Shown here piece by piece: positions 52,330 through 64,000 of a stretch of 64,000 bases of DNA. The translations under genes were made by a program, and so were the position numbers. The DNA comes from Takakia lepidozioides (Eukaryota; Plantae; Bryophyta): the NCBI GenBank assembly GCA_030704615.1, contig CM060731.1, forward strand, positions 7,440,001-7,504,000, given 5' to 3'. Below the pieces are notes generated by a model, which worked only from the letters and a program-made list of their open reading frames with translations, had not been told where the DNA came from and did no database searches. Positions within the stretch are counted from its first letter, which is position 1. Each line of letters starts with the position of its first letter.

Positions 52330-53500
52330 CCCGTCCAGTGCCGGAGTGATCCCCCACCCCATCTCCAGCCACGTGGCGCTCCCCCCGAACCGTTGATCCC
52401 CTCCCCATCCATCCAACCTCAATTAAATGGATGATGTCGGTCATCCGCTCCTCCCCCCACCATCCTCCCGCGGAGGGGATGGATGACGGCCGGATGAAGG
52501 CCCCATGACGCGTCCATGGCAACGTGGTGCTCCCCCCGCCGTCGATCCCCTATTCCCATCCACGGTGCGCTCCCCCGACACGTCGCCGCTCCCCCAACGT
52601 GCCTTGATCCCCCTTTCGGACCGGGAGTGATCCCCCAACCCTAATTGCCCGCCATGTGCGGCTCCCCCCAACCGTCGATCCCCTGCACATCCATCCAACC
52701 TCACAAACAATGGATGATGTGGGTCATCGGCCCCTCATCCCCCCGCCATCCTCCCGCGCAGGGGATGGATGACGGCCGGATAAAGGGCCGATGACAGAGA
52801 CAGGCCACGTGCCGCTCCACCCGCCGTTGATCCCCTATTCCCATCAACGGCCCGATCCCCCGAGACGTCGCCGCTCCCCCGACGTGCCTTGATCCCCTTT
52901 CCAGACCGGGAGTGATCCCCCAACCCTAATCTCGCACCACGTGCTGCTCCCCAAACCGTCGCTCCCCTGTGCATCCATCCAACCTCACAAACAATGGATG
53001 TTGTGAGTCATCTGCCCCTCATCCCCCCGCCATCCTCCGCGCAGGGGATGGATGACGGCTGGATGAAGGGCCGAAAACACTGACAGGCCACGTGTCGTTC
53101 CCCCCCGCCGTTGATCCCCTCTTCCCATTGACGACTCGACCCCGGCCCCCTCGGTTGATTCCCCGTCCAATGTGGTGACTGATCCCCCTCCACCCATCGG
53201 CCTGCACGTGGTGCTCCCCCCGCCGATCCCCTCGTCCCATCCACGGCGCATCCCCCGAGATGTTGCCGCTCCCCCGACCTGGCTTGATCCCCCCTCCGGA
53301 TCGGGAGTGATCCCCCACCCCTAATCGCCCGCCACGTGCTGCTCCCCCGAACCGTCGATCCCCTGCGCATCCATCCAACCTCAAAACAATGGATGTTCTG
53401 GGTCATCCGCCCCTCATCCCCCCGCCATCCTCCCGCGTAGTGGATGGACGACGGTCGGATGAAAGCCCGATGACACATCCACCGCCACGTGGCGCTCCCC
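52330..53500. repeat. GC-rich tandem repeat, ~285-bp unit, ~4 copies
   Basis: CATCCATCCAACCTCA...AATGGATG recurs near 52406, 52688, 52972 and 53368. Confidence 0.85.
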
Positions 53501-53504
53501 TCGC

Positions 53505-55721
53505 TGTCGCGCACCTCACTTCGGTAAGCTCCCCCCTCAAGTCATAGTTACTCGCTTGATGCGCGCGCCTAACTCCCAACCTGGCCGCCGGGCCAACTTG
53601 GAGCTTCGGCTGCTCACCGGGACATAACGGTCCCCCCCTGATCTCCCAAAGAACCCTCCAATGATTTAGAACCAGCGGAATTCCCTTTGGTAGTTGGCAG
53701 TCCGGAACAGCTCCCCACTCTTTGGTCGCTTTCCGGCTCGCTTGCTTACTCACTAGCTTTTGGTCACCAACGGGCTTGCACCGTTCTCGGGGTTACTACT
53801 CCCTATATATACTTCTGTAGCTGTCCGCGGGGGTTTCACAAACAACCATGCCATTTTATGGCGAACCACCACGAACACCCTCGACTCCCGATAATGAGTC
53901 GCGGTGAGTCTTGGCCCACCCACCACGGCCCCTATGGACCGTGATGAGTCCCAAGACTCCCCACGACTCCCACCACGAGGTCTCCGCCCAGGGTGAGTCC
54001 TATGCCACCCCCACTAAGTCCGCTAAGCTACCACCACCCTTGTGGAGCCACCCCCACCGCAACCCGGTGTGCGGGGCTCCACCTAGTGAGCGCCTCCGCC
54101 TCCTTGAGTGCTTTGGGCACTCAAGGGTGCTTCAGCCCCCCATACCTATCGTTGCCACTGCCCCGACCACAGGGCAGCCCCTCTTATGTCCCGACCCCCT
54201 GCCCTCAAGGCAAAGGGCCGCGACACACACCCCTACCAACAGGGAGTCGATGTCCTCATCGGCTTGTACATTTTGTGGAAACGAACATCCAAGTTGTGGC
54301 GTCCCACATCAAGGAGTTTGTTTCCGTACCATGGCAAAGAACCAAACCCCACACTTGACTCTACTCTCCGCTAGTTCGGCCGACGTCCTCCAAGTCCCGG
54401 CCAAGGGTGGAGCCTCTCAAGCTCCTCCCAGTGCACTCTTCTTGGCCTACTTCAAGGCCAAGGAACGATCCTCCCCGAGGATCGAATCGCCTTACTGCAA
54501 CAACATTGCTTGCGACCGCTCATGATGCCGCTTTTGGCATCACCTTGAGCAAGGGTTCACCTCGAACCCTCTTTGACTAGGAAGATAACCTTGAACCAAC
54601 CGCGCGCCCCAATCACTACAATTGGGTCCGCCTTGGAATGCTGGCCTGAGGTACGGGAACACGCCGAAGCCGCACTACGACTTCGTCCCGAGGCTACACG
54701 ATTATAGTACGTGAACGGAAGCACGTAGCTTCCGCGTTAGCCCGCAGAAGGCGCAAGTTTCCTTGCCCCTTTGGATGGAAGTCACCCGATTTCGGCACTG
54801 CGCAAACACACGATTAACCCAATTTACTTCTCCCACTTTTGTAAGCTAGCATGCATTCTACACACTAGCCAACCACACCATGCATCACCATTCCAAACAA
54901 AATAGGACGCACAACATTTGGAACCCATTTCCTTTATAACAAATTTTTGTACAATACAAGTTTTTGCAATCGGATTCCTAAGCTAGCTAAGCCGGGCTAA
55001 GCATGCATTTCCTCCCCCACGCTCCAAGGTTGATGTTCCCATCAACGCTTCTTCCGTTTTTGAGGTCGCCCTTCGAAAACTGCAACCGCCTCGGATGCGT
55101 TTCCCATTTCTGAGGCACGCACCCAAGATGCCTCCACATGATAATAGCCCTTCCATTTGACGAGATACTCCGTTTCTCGGTTCTTGAACCTCCTCGACTT
55201 AAGTACTGCCTCCACTTCATACTCAGGTTCATTTTCATGATCCAACAGCACAGGTGGCGGGCACAACACTTGATGCTGATTCGGACGCGCTTCATCTTTG
55301 AAGTAAGGCTTCAAAAGGGAGACATGGAATACTGGATGCACCTTGCTGTTTGCCGGCAGCTCCAATTCATACACATCCTCATTCATAACCTTCCGGATGC
55401 GAAAGGGTCCCGCATACGGAGGTACGAACTTTGGGCTCACTTCCGGAGGTAGTCGAAAATTCTTGATGTTCAACCAGACCTCCGTGCCTGCCTCAAACTT
55501 CACTTCCCTCCGCTTCCAATTCGCCTGCCTTTCATACCGTTTCCTAGCTTTGGCAATGTTGTACTTTGCGAGCTTCAACAAACGCTCGCGTTCTTCCAGT
55601 ACCGCCGCTACTGCCGGTTCCTCAACGTCTTGGGCGGCCCAACTTGTCGGCACCAGAGGTGTTTTTCCATAGACCAATACGAAAGGGGAAACTCCCGTTG
55701 CGGAGTGTTCTGTGTTATTAT
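53505..55721 (-). mobile_element. Chromovirus (Ty3/gypsy) 3' end: integrase GPY/F plus chromodomain, PPT, ~1.5-kb LTR
   Basis: ORF to 55042: YNN..HSATG.SPF, YAGPF, HPVFHVSLLK, EYEVEAVL...YLVKWKGY...SW. PPT GGGGGAGGAAA at 55008-55018. The LTR runs TG(55007) to about CA(53505); that distal end is approximate. Confidence 0.85.
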
Positions 55722-55982
55722 AGACTCGTCTTCTTCTAGTCGAGCCTCCCGAGGCCTCTCTCGTCGCCATAGCTCTAGTACTTGAGATGGAGAGTGGGTG
55801 AGGTGTGTATGGTGAAGTCTTTTAGCAAAGGTGCCATTGGCTTGACTTATATAACGTGATAGAGTGGGTTCACCTCTTTTCACCATTTCCGTATCATTGT
55901 GGCGTGGCTTTCTAGGACTATATGCTAGGAAGTGTGGTTGGACAACGATGTATGTTGTGGCACGATGCTTAGGTGCACGACA
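55722..55982 (+). repeat. Family B terminal repeats: 3' part of B (to 55896), T, complete A (55898-55982)
   Basis: Matches 20078-20250 and 30075-30159. Ends GCACGACA and LINE DNA follows. Confidence 0.92.
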
Positions 55983-58900
55983 GCACAACGTATGGTATGA
56001 TGGGTGTTAAGGTGCGAGGTCCAGACATGTTTTTGTGAGCGGGTAAGGTATCCTCCATTTTGTTTGGATCGGGTAGTCTGGGGGAGGTCCTAGGGGGCCG
56101 AGCATGTTGCCAACACGCTTTTGGTCATTTCTTGGAGGATGGTTGTGAGGGTACGCTCGGCCTCAAACCAGGTTACTTCAGGGGACTGCGTCATATTTGT
56201 GTCAGAAAGGGTGTAGGAGAGTTTTTGGGTAAGGAGTGATGCTTGAGGTTGGAAGTGTTTTAGAAATGTGGTGATATTATGTTGGGGTAAGGGTGAGAGG
56301 AGACGGGGTTGTGGGTCTTGGGCTTGGATAGGTGGGATGGGACCGATGGGGATGAGGGATGGTGGGAGAGAGACAGATACTGGGTAATGGTCTGAGTTGC
56401 ATATGCTATTGATATGAATATGGCTTGTAAGGTATGTGGGGATATCATTGGGCGACTTAAGATAGAAACCATCTATAAGGCTTAAAGATGAGTAGTTAAG
56501 GCCGCCTTGCCTCGAATAGTGATGGTCTGAAGGTATGTATCTGAGATGATGGTTATGTATGAAGTGGGCCCAGTCTTGGTCAAGAGGGGATGAGGGTTTG
56601 TGGACTCCGTTGTATGTGTGGCCTGATAGAGCAATGTCCCGGTTGAAGTCACCTGCCAGTATATAGTGATGGTGTTGGTGCGCGGGGTGCTTGATTGTGT
56701 TAGAGATTGTGTCCAATATGTCGGGTATCAGGGATAGGTCCTCAGTATGGGATGGCATATATAAGTGGATGAGAGTGATGGGCATAAGTGTAGGGAGGTG
56801 CAACTGGACAATTTGAAGGTGAGATCGGAGAGGGATGGGTACTAGAACTTTTGTGGTGGTGCTGGGAGAGTGATGGGTGCGGAGGATGCCAAGTGCCACA
56901 CCACCCCGCATAGGACAGTATGGGGCGGAGCGACAACGGAGACATTGTGTGGCTGTCATGGGGTCCCATACAGGAGGTAGTAGGCTGGTAGGAGTTTGTT
57001 AATATAGGAGCTGTTGGTGTTGTTAGTGTTTAGTTTGGTTTCTTGGATGAGAATAATGTGTGGGGGCATGGAGTTTGTGAGGAGGTGGATCAGACTCTGG
57101 ATACTGGTGGCAAGGGATCCAATATTCCAAGTGGTGATGTTAAAGGAGTGTGACTGTAGGTCGGGGGTGTTTGGAGTGTGGCAACGAGGTGTAGCGGGTG
57201 AAGATGCAGATTGGGGGTGGGTTACAATTGGTGTGGTGGCGAAGGAAGATGGTGGGTAGTGGGGGGGTTGGAACCCTGGGAGGGGCGTGGTAGCGTTAAG
57301 CGTAGCTGTCAGGATGTTGGCAGAGAGAAACGAGAATTTGTTGATGGTAGTGGGAATGTCTGGGACAGAGGTGGGTGCAGATGCTAGATGATCACCAAGA
57401 ATTTTGTATATAACTCCGGGACGGGACTGTAACAGGTTGAGGGACGCGTGGAGATCAGTCAAGCAATGTGGTGGGGCCAAGTAGTTGCTGGTATGTGTGG
57501 GTAGGTCTTGTAGGTGATGTAGTAGGGAAATGAGTGGGGAATCTGGTTGGGACGTAAGGTAGTCATTACATTCTTGGGGCAAAGGGGAGATGAGGACAAT
57601 AAGGGAGAAGAGGAGGTGGTATGGTGGAAAGGCTTGAAGTTTGTGGGAGGTGTGGGAGAGAGCAGGGTATGGGCAGGCTGGGAGGCCAAAGGTGAAAATG
57701 TTGTGGGGGGCAGTCTGTAGGTGAGTAGAGGGGATGAGTAGTGATTTGGGGAGGTAGGGGGCGAAGTGGGTAGCAAGATGTATATATTGGTGTATAAAGG
57801 ATAGGGTGCGGCTGGAAGTATAGCGCATAGCGATCTTGTGCATCAGCAAGAGTTGAGTCATGATGGTGGAAATAGTGAGTGGCCCGGGGTTGGGGTGGAT
57901 GTCCCCACAGGAGCAGTGTAAGTGTGATACATAAGTTGAGGTATAAGGTTTCATGTGAAGGGGGATGATGGAGGCTGTGTTTGGATTTTAGGGGGTGGTA
58001 AAGAGAGCGCCCGTTTGGGCTGTGAGTAATGAGAGGGTTTTTTTCTAGGTAGTTCAGAGGGTAATTTATGAGGGTAGGATGGATTGATGTGCGGTAAAGT
58101 TAAGGAGCTATGGTTGTTAGAAGCTAGGGTGGAGCTGGTGTGCTGGGCGCAAGGGGGGAAGATATATAGTGGGTAGGGGAAATAGGTTGGGCCTAGTATC
58201 TTGTTAGTGATGAGGGTTGTATATGACAGTTGGGATGATGTATAAGTGTGTTGAGTAATGACATAAGAATTTGGTGGGGAGATTATTGGGAAAATTTGGA
58301 GCGGTTGGCGGGTTGATTGAGCAAAGACAAGGCTGTCGGTAATATGGTCATAGGGTAGCACAGGTGTCCATGTGTATAGAGGTGTAGTGAGTTTATATTT
58401 GGGGTGGTTCCAATGATAAGGTTGTGACCAGTTGGGGCTTAGTTTTGTAAGCAATGGGCAGTCATAAAGGGGGTGAAGTTGTGGAGTGATCCATTCAGGA
58501 ATGCCAAGGGGTATTATGATAAGTAGGTATGGGCATTGGGGTGCTGTGGGCTGGTGGATGTGGGGAGAATAAGTGGAAGTTGGGCGTAGAAGGATGTCAT
58601 ATGGACCGAGTAGAAGCCAGGCCTGTGGGGGATGTATGTGAGGGTACAACCACCAAGTTTGGATGGGATTGGTGAGGCAATAGTTGTAGAATGGCAGTAC
58701 TGAAGGTATGTGACGTTGATGTGTTGGAGTATAGACATATATAAGCATGGAAACAAAGAATTGAAGGGGCTGGAGGATCATGAGACAATGTGGAATTGTG
58801 TCAACAATTAATATACGAGATCCAGAGCATTGGGAAAGACACCTTTTAGAGTGTGGGAGCCCTAAAACAAATGTAGAGATGAGGAGGGCACCATGCCTCC

Positions 58901-60000
58901 CAACAGTAATATATGAAGAACAATTAAACAACGTGGTGGTAAGATCATTGCTATAAAGAGAGCCCTGGGTGTGTCTAGCTGGCGGGTGATTGAGCCCTGT
59001 AGGGGAGGAAGAGTGGAAGACCAGCCAAGAGCTTGGGGGTGGCGCATTATATGGGTACCAATTGTTGGTGTCCAGCCTCAGGAAGTCGCCAGTGTGTAAG
59101 ATGGGTGAAGGTCGGAGTGGACAGGAGAGCTGAGCCGAGGTGACTGGGTAGTGGGCTGTGCTGGCAGGTGTCCAATTGGGAGAAGGCAGCCAGTTGTTAA
59201 ATTGTTTGGAGAGTTAGACCATCACAGTGTGCAGATTTTGATTGGGGGAGGTCCGGTACTGCAGCAAACTGCAATCACACAGGGCAGAGAGTATATTGGC
59301 AGAGGCATGCGCAGCCGCAACTTGGAGGGTTGGCCTGATGTAGAGGTATGAACTATTCGCCAAGTGGTCTGCGGGTGCTGCGTAGAGAAAGAACACTTGT
59401 GAGTATGCCTGAATGTAATATATGTGGTACAAGGGGGTGGGGCAGCATGAGAGGTTGGGCCTCGGGTAGCGAAGGTGAAGAATGAAGAGGGGGGCATCCT
59501 GAGTGGTGAGGGGGTCTGGGTAAGCTAGTGGCCTGCAGCTGGGGTGTCCAGGGAGGGGGATCAGATTGTGTGACCATAAAGCAGGCTGGATCAGAGGGTA
59601 ACTTAGTTAGGTGTCGAGGGGGGACTATACGAAGAGTATGAGAGACTGGGGAGATTTTGGTGTTAGAGTGGAGGAGGGCTGAGGCCTCGTTGTGGGATCT
59701 GGGAAAAGTAATCACCAGAGGAGGGGGTGTGAGTCTCACAACCTAGCAAGAGAACTGAGAGGGGGCCCATAACAAGAAGAGCCAGATTGTAAGAATATGG
59801 GTATTGATAGTGTATAGGTGTGGAGGGTAATGCGTGGTGGCACCTAGCAATTGAGCAAATGGAGCATAAAAGCCAAGGGGGGTGTAGTACCTGAGTGGTG
59901 TTGGGGGGGCAGTATATGCCACCAGAATATTATTACAAGGTTGCGGGAGGGCTTGAGTAATCAAGCAGCGATGGTACACATAGAGGAGGAGGGTAAACAT
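55983..60000 (-). mobile_element. Non-LTR retrotransposon, 5' fragment with APE endonuclease and a 2A-like motif (5' boundary approximate)
   Basis: ITTWNIG, IILIQETKL, GGVALGI, LYMP, AGDFN, LIDGFY, SDHYPV; GDIHPNPGP at 57880-57906. Same C/A-rich coding-strand bias as the other LINE pieces. Confidence 0.88.
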
Positions 60001-60099
60001 ATGATGTAACCTATGCAAATATGTGCAGATTACAAGCAAGCCAGCAAACATCTACGCACCATGGAGGGCCCCCCTCATATGCAGCTGCAAATTCAAGGA

Positions 60100-60263
60100 T
60101 CAGCCAAATACCAGATCAAGAGCTCGGCCTCGCAAAAATGGGAACTGGAGTGCTGATGCTCTTACTAGCGCTTTGGCAGCAATCGACTCTGCAGCTACTC
60201 TACGGGCACACATGTATGGAACTATTTATAGCCAACGTCGTGGCAAACATGGGGTCTCGACGA
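60100..60263 (+). pseudogene. Possible remnant of a pogo/Fot1-type transposase N-terminus (psq-type HTH), cut by MULE-3
   Basis: RPRKNGNWSADALTSALAAIDS...TLRAHMYG...RRGKHGV resembles the WSxExLxxALxAV...TLxxh pattern. Short and deleted. Confidence 0.4.
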
Positions 60264-63200
60264 GAGGTTTACTATTTCATGAGCGCATGAGCCCATGAGC
60301 CTATGAGCCTATGAGCTCATGAGCGGGCATCCGCGGAATTGGAATTTTCCTGCCTTTATTGACGGTGTTATGTCCTCTTACCTCGGTAATAGGGTCTGTT
60401 TCTCCTGGTCCAGGATGCGGAATGAGGAATTTCGGCGCCGTTATTCCCAAGAGCAGTGTGCTAAAATGGTGTTTTGAAGACATCCACCGGGGTATTTCGG
60501 CACCGAAATTACCTCTTAAAATGTGATATAGTGCGGTATTTAAAGGCGCAGAACGGGCAATTTCGGCGCCGAAATACCCAAGTGGAATGTGGTGAAGTGC
60601 CTTGTGCTGAAGGCTTCCATCGCAATATTTTGGTGCAGTAATTCATCCGTGGAATTTTTGAGGCCCATATAACGAAGGCGCAAACTGGGCTATTTCGGCG
60701 CCAAATTTCCCAATAGGAATGTTAGAAACGGCAGGGTTTTCATGGCTTCAAGTTCCCAGGTCGATGGTGTACATAAATTACTTGTAGGGTTCTTCACTGA
60801 AGTTTGCGTCTCTTCTGCTTTTATTATAGATTTTGGTTGGCGGAAGAAATGTAGGGAATGGACAAGCAGTCTGAACACAATGATTTTTCAAATCGTCAAT
60901 ATATTCATTAAGTGTTTCAGAACTGTACAACAAAAGGATCCAAATGAGACTTTGCTATGGTGAGGATCCGCTATCACTGTCCGATGCATCCCCGCCCTCA
61001 TGCAAGGATGGTTGCCTTCCACCTGCCTCCGAATCTGCACTGCCGCTACCGCTGTTACTCTGAGAAGCCCTCCCCTCAAAAATACCATCCTCACCAGCCG
61101 GAACTGTCCACCTGGGTGCGGAAGTGTTCTCGACATTCCCCTCGCTCTCGGACGCGGATTCTATTACGAACTTCCCTACTTTGCCTTTCACAATTCTATG
61201 TTTGGCCTCACGCCTCATTATAATTCTCTGCTCATTCCCATATGTCAATTGCTCTAACCGAGTAGGCCTATCCTCCCTCCTGATGGCTTCTTTGGCAGCC
61301 GTGTCTGCATAGGCTGGTAGAAAAAAGGGCTTCTGGGGACTCGCGAGAAACGATTTTCTGGCAAAGAATGGCCGATGCGATTTTGTCTCCTCCTCTGCAA
61401 CAGGGTCCGATTCGAGCAAGTCTCCCAGCTTCTCCTCGTCGGACGACTCTGCAAGGCTGAGTGTACGCACAAACATAGAATGAAGTACATTAGAGAATTC
61501 AAACAGGGAATCATCGGCAGGTTGCATGGTCCCTACAACCGAAACCAATACACTTACTATGGTGCAACTCACTCGAAGACAGGCATTGGGGGAAGCGGCT
61601 TCGGGCGCCCCTGCATCGAACGAATTTCCCGGACTTCCTCCTCTTCATCTTCCTCCTCTCCTTCCACGTCATCTTCTGCGTTTTTGGGATCCTCAGTCGG
61701 AGGCAGACGCTGAAGGCCCGCCAAATTGTAATCGTACAAGGCCGTATCCCCCTCAAATGAGAACACAAATCGGTTCGACATCCTTCCCGCCCACATACAG
61801 GCACCTGCGAATTCATACGACAACCACAGCCAAACTCAAGAATGAGTCGCTTCCTCGCACAAGCAAACATACAGAAACGGAAATGGTGTCAATTTCGGTG
61901 CCGCATTCAATTAACGTTCTCACCTGTATTTGCAGTGACGTCAAGGACCCTGCCTTCAACATCCGTACACGTTTCCATGAGCGTCTGGATGAATGCAGGA
62001 CTCCTGGTCCTGCCATACCTCCATGGCTTGCCCGACAAATCACAAAGAATGTCCTTCTCTCCCACATGGTTGAACAGGACGTTATACTCTAGTGGATCAA
62101 CTGTGGAATCAACAAGTCTTCCTGCTTCACGTAATTTGAATTTCGAATGTTCCTTCACGAAGCAAAATGCCTGAAAGATAAGAGTCTGCAGAGAAGGAAA
62201 TGAAAACGTCAGAGGTGGCCTACATGTACAGGGGCAATTTCGGCCCAGAAATTGACATAGCAGAGGAGAACCACAGCATACCTTCTGGCCATCGTTGAGA
62301 AGACCCTGCGTGTTGATGCAAGTCCAGATCTTTTTCAGGATGGGTGCTGCACTTCTCCCCGTCCATACTTTGATATCATTCTCAGTGACTTCTCCATCGG
62401 CTGCTAGCACAACAACACAGCCAACGTCGTCCAACATGTTGGCTGCGAACCCGAATGTGTGGCTCCAGTATCGTTCGTCGTACTTGTTCCACTAGGGAAC
62501 TGAGCCCAGCCCCAGTATCTCCTGCCCATCCGGGATATCCACAAGGATCATGTCGATGGAGGCTTTCACCGCCCTGCCCCCGACTGTGCTCTTTTTGCCG
62601 TGGCTCATTGCCACAAAATACTCCATCATCTTTGTGTAGCCAGGAGTGTCCTCCATATCATTGCCAGTGGCCTTCCTCTTCCCCTTCCCCTGGTGGGCCT
62701 CGATCGCCTTCCTCAAACTCGTTATCTCCAGCCTTCTGGTCAGAGCAGTTAGGAAATTTTCATTAACACACTCCACAATTGTGGGTGTTTTGAGGACTTC
62801 CCTGCCCGCAATCTGCACCGCACGGTAGGGTCTGCCAGGTGCATCCTCGTATAGTGATCTCTTCGCAGCCGACCCCCCGGAGCGCTGGCCCTTGTGAATT
62901 TTCGGACGAGGTGTGGCCCCCTGGGTGTTTTCCTGCTGGAAATCGTCGTCCGAATCCTCCTCATCTGGCTGACTGTGTTGCTGCTTCTTCTTCTTGGGTG
63001 TGGGGGTCTTCGTCTCTTGCCCCTGTTTGCGCGTTCTTTTCTTCCTGTCCTTGGGCTGCTCAGCTGCCTGCTTCTCCATCTGCTCCTTCGCCAACGCTGC
63101 CGCCTTGGCTGACTTTCTCAGTGCTTTCTGCTTGGCTGCCTCCTCTGCTTTCAGTCTTTCCGCGTCCTCTGGTTGGGGATCCGATTGCGCCTTCATAGCC

Positions 63201-64000
63201 CTGGCATTCGCTTCCTTCTTCAAGTTAACCTCCGAGAGGTCAACGGTCCCACTTGGGAGATCCACATACCAGGGGCAGTTTACCAAATGCTCGGCATGCC
63301 ACTCCTTCGCCATTACTTCTGTGTACATCGTTCCACGACCTCCAGGTGTCCTCCACGCCAGGAAGAATGGTGGAACCCTTTGAATGGCTCCGGACGGAAT
63401 GAGTGCAAAGTTTATGTACCTGCAATCACGAGGCAGTTCAACAAAAATCATTCTACCGATGCATCATGCAAGTGGAAGTTGTCAATGCACAAGGTATTTC
63501 GGCACCGAAATACGGAGTGGACCGTGCCCCAATTACCCAGAACTCACATCTTGCAGAGGTATATTTCGGCGCCGCAATATCCATCGCTGCTTAACCAAAT
63601 CATCTAAACTGCAAATAGGGGGATGCATTGTCAGCAGATTACCTGAACAGGACACGCATTGCCGCTTTGTCGGCACCCTCCTGCTCTTTGATGTATACGC
63701 TGCGTCTTGCCTTTGCAATTTCTCTGAAAAAGAGGTTTGCGAAGCGCCCTCGCCACGACTGCACGTAGTTCTCCATTGTCTCAGGCTTCGTCCAGTCGAT
63801 CTGTAACTTGAAAGTGGTGGTGTTGCAGTCCAATTGCTCCTGGGCGTGGGTCAGTACCTGCATCATGGCAGGTTTCCAAAACATTCATGATTTTGAAATT
63901 GCGACGATGTCCAACACAGAATAGGAGAAAATTATACCTGATGCCACCAAGTCATGACATTGAGCCAGTCGTTCATTTTGTCGTCTGTTGGCTCGATGGG
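60264..64000. mobile_element. MULE-3 (other end outside window)
   Basis: Starts GAGGTTTACTATTTCATGAGC plus CATGAGC repeats, identical to the MULE-1 terminus. Contains ATTTCGGCGCCGAAAT palindromes and the MTase-like gene. Confidence 0.82.
60955..64000 (-). pseudogene. Multi-exon gene with a C-terminal beta-class N6A/N4C methyltransferase-like domain (introns 63453-63642, 62186-62281, 61805-61923, 61457-61572); one in-frame TAG at 62492-62494; 5' end outside window
   Basis: Motif IV-like IDMILVDIPDG precedes the motif X/I-like RSPAFIQTLMETCTDVEGRVLDVTANTGACMWAGRMSNRFVFSFEGD. The GT-AG introns keep the frame. Confidence 0.78.

Noticed and set aside
10246-55986. TSD linking the 10250 start and the 55982 end as one insertion
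   Set aside because: The flanks differ (GGGG vs GCAC) and the repeats belong to different families. The join at ~19994 is a deletion or chimera.
58800-59450. Josephin-like protease expected at the N-terminus of Dualen elements
   Set aside because: The region is too degraded to identify catalytic residues reliably.
6594-60284. One giant 54-kb transposon bounded by the matching 21-nt termini
   Set aside because: The termini face outward. They are the right end of MULE-1 and the left end of MULE-3.

Overview
Eukaryotic, transposon-dense window, probably from an early-diverging land plant or streptophyte alga (inferred from a plant-type DRT111/SPF45 gene, GT-AG introns and CG/CHG-type C>T decay). 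It holds one clear host gene (SPF45/DRT111, 48708-50674, minus strand) and a probable divergent LLPH-like gene. The rest is nested mobile DNA. (1) Three Ty3/gypsy-type retrotransposon copies from two families. The two copies with a preserved central region carry a DNMT3-like C5 methyltransferase between protease and RT, and both preserved 3' ends have a PHD finger after the integrase. Their terminal repeats are split: B-[PBS...ORFs...PPT]-A-NN-B-T-A. Host junctions fall at an internal GACA-NN-TGTC site, a 4-bp TSD (AAGG) is visible, and the PBS is complementary to the element's own repeat, which suggests self-priming. (2) Three related Mutator-like elements with a GCM-like/DDE/SWIM transposase, a central array of palindromes and a divergently transcribed, intron-containing gene with a beta-class N6A/N4C methyltransferase-like fold. 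(3) One Dualen/RandI-type LINE (APE + RT + RNase H + RLE, with a 2A-like motif) split into three pieces. (4) A chromovirus 3' end. A ~25-kb block (30311-55721) appears inverted or translocated. All calls come from manual motif reading, not database searches.
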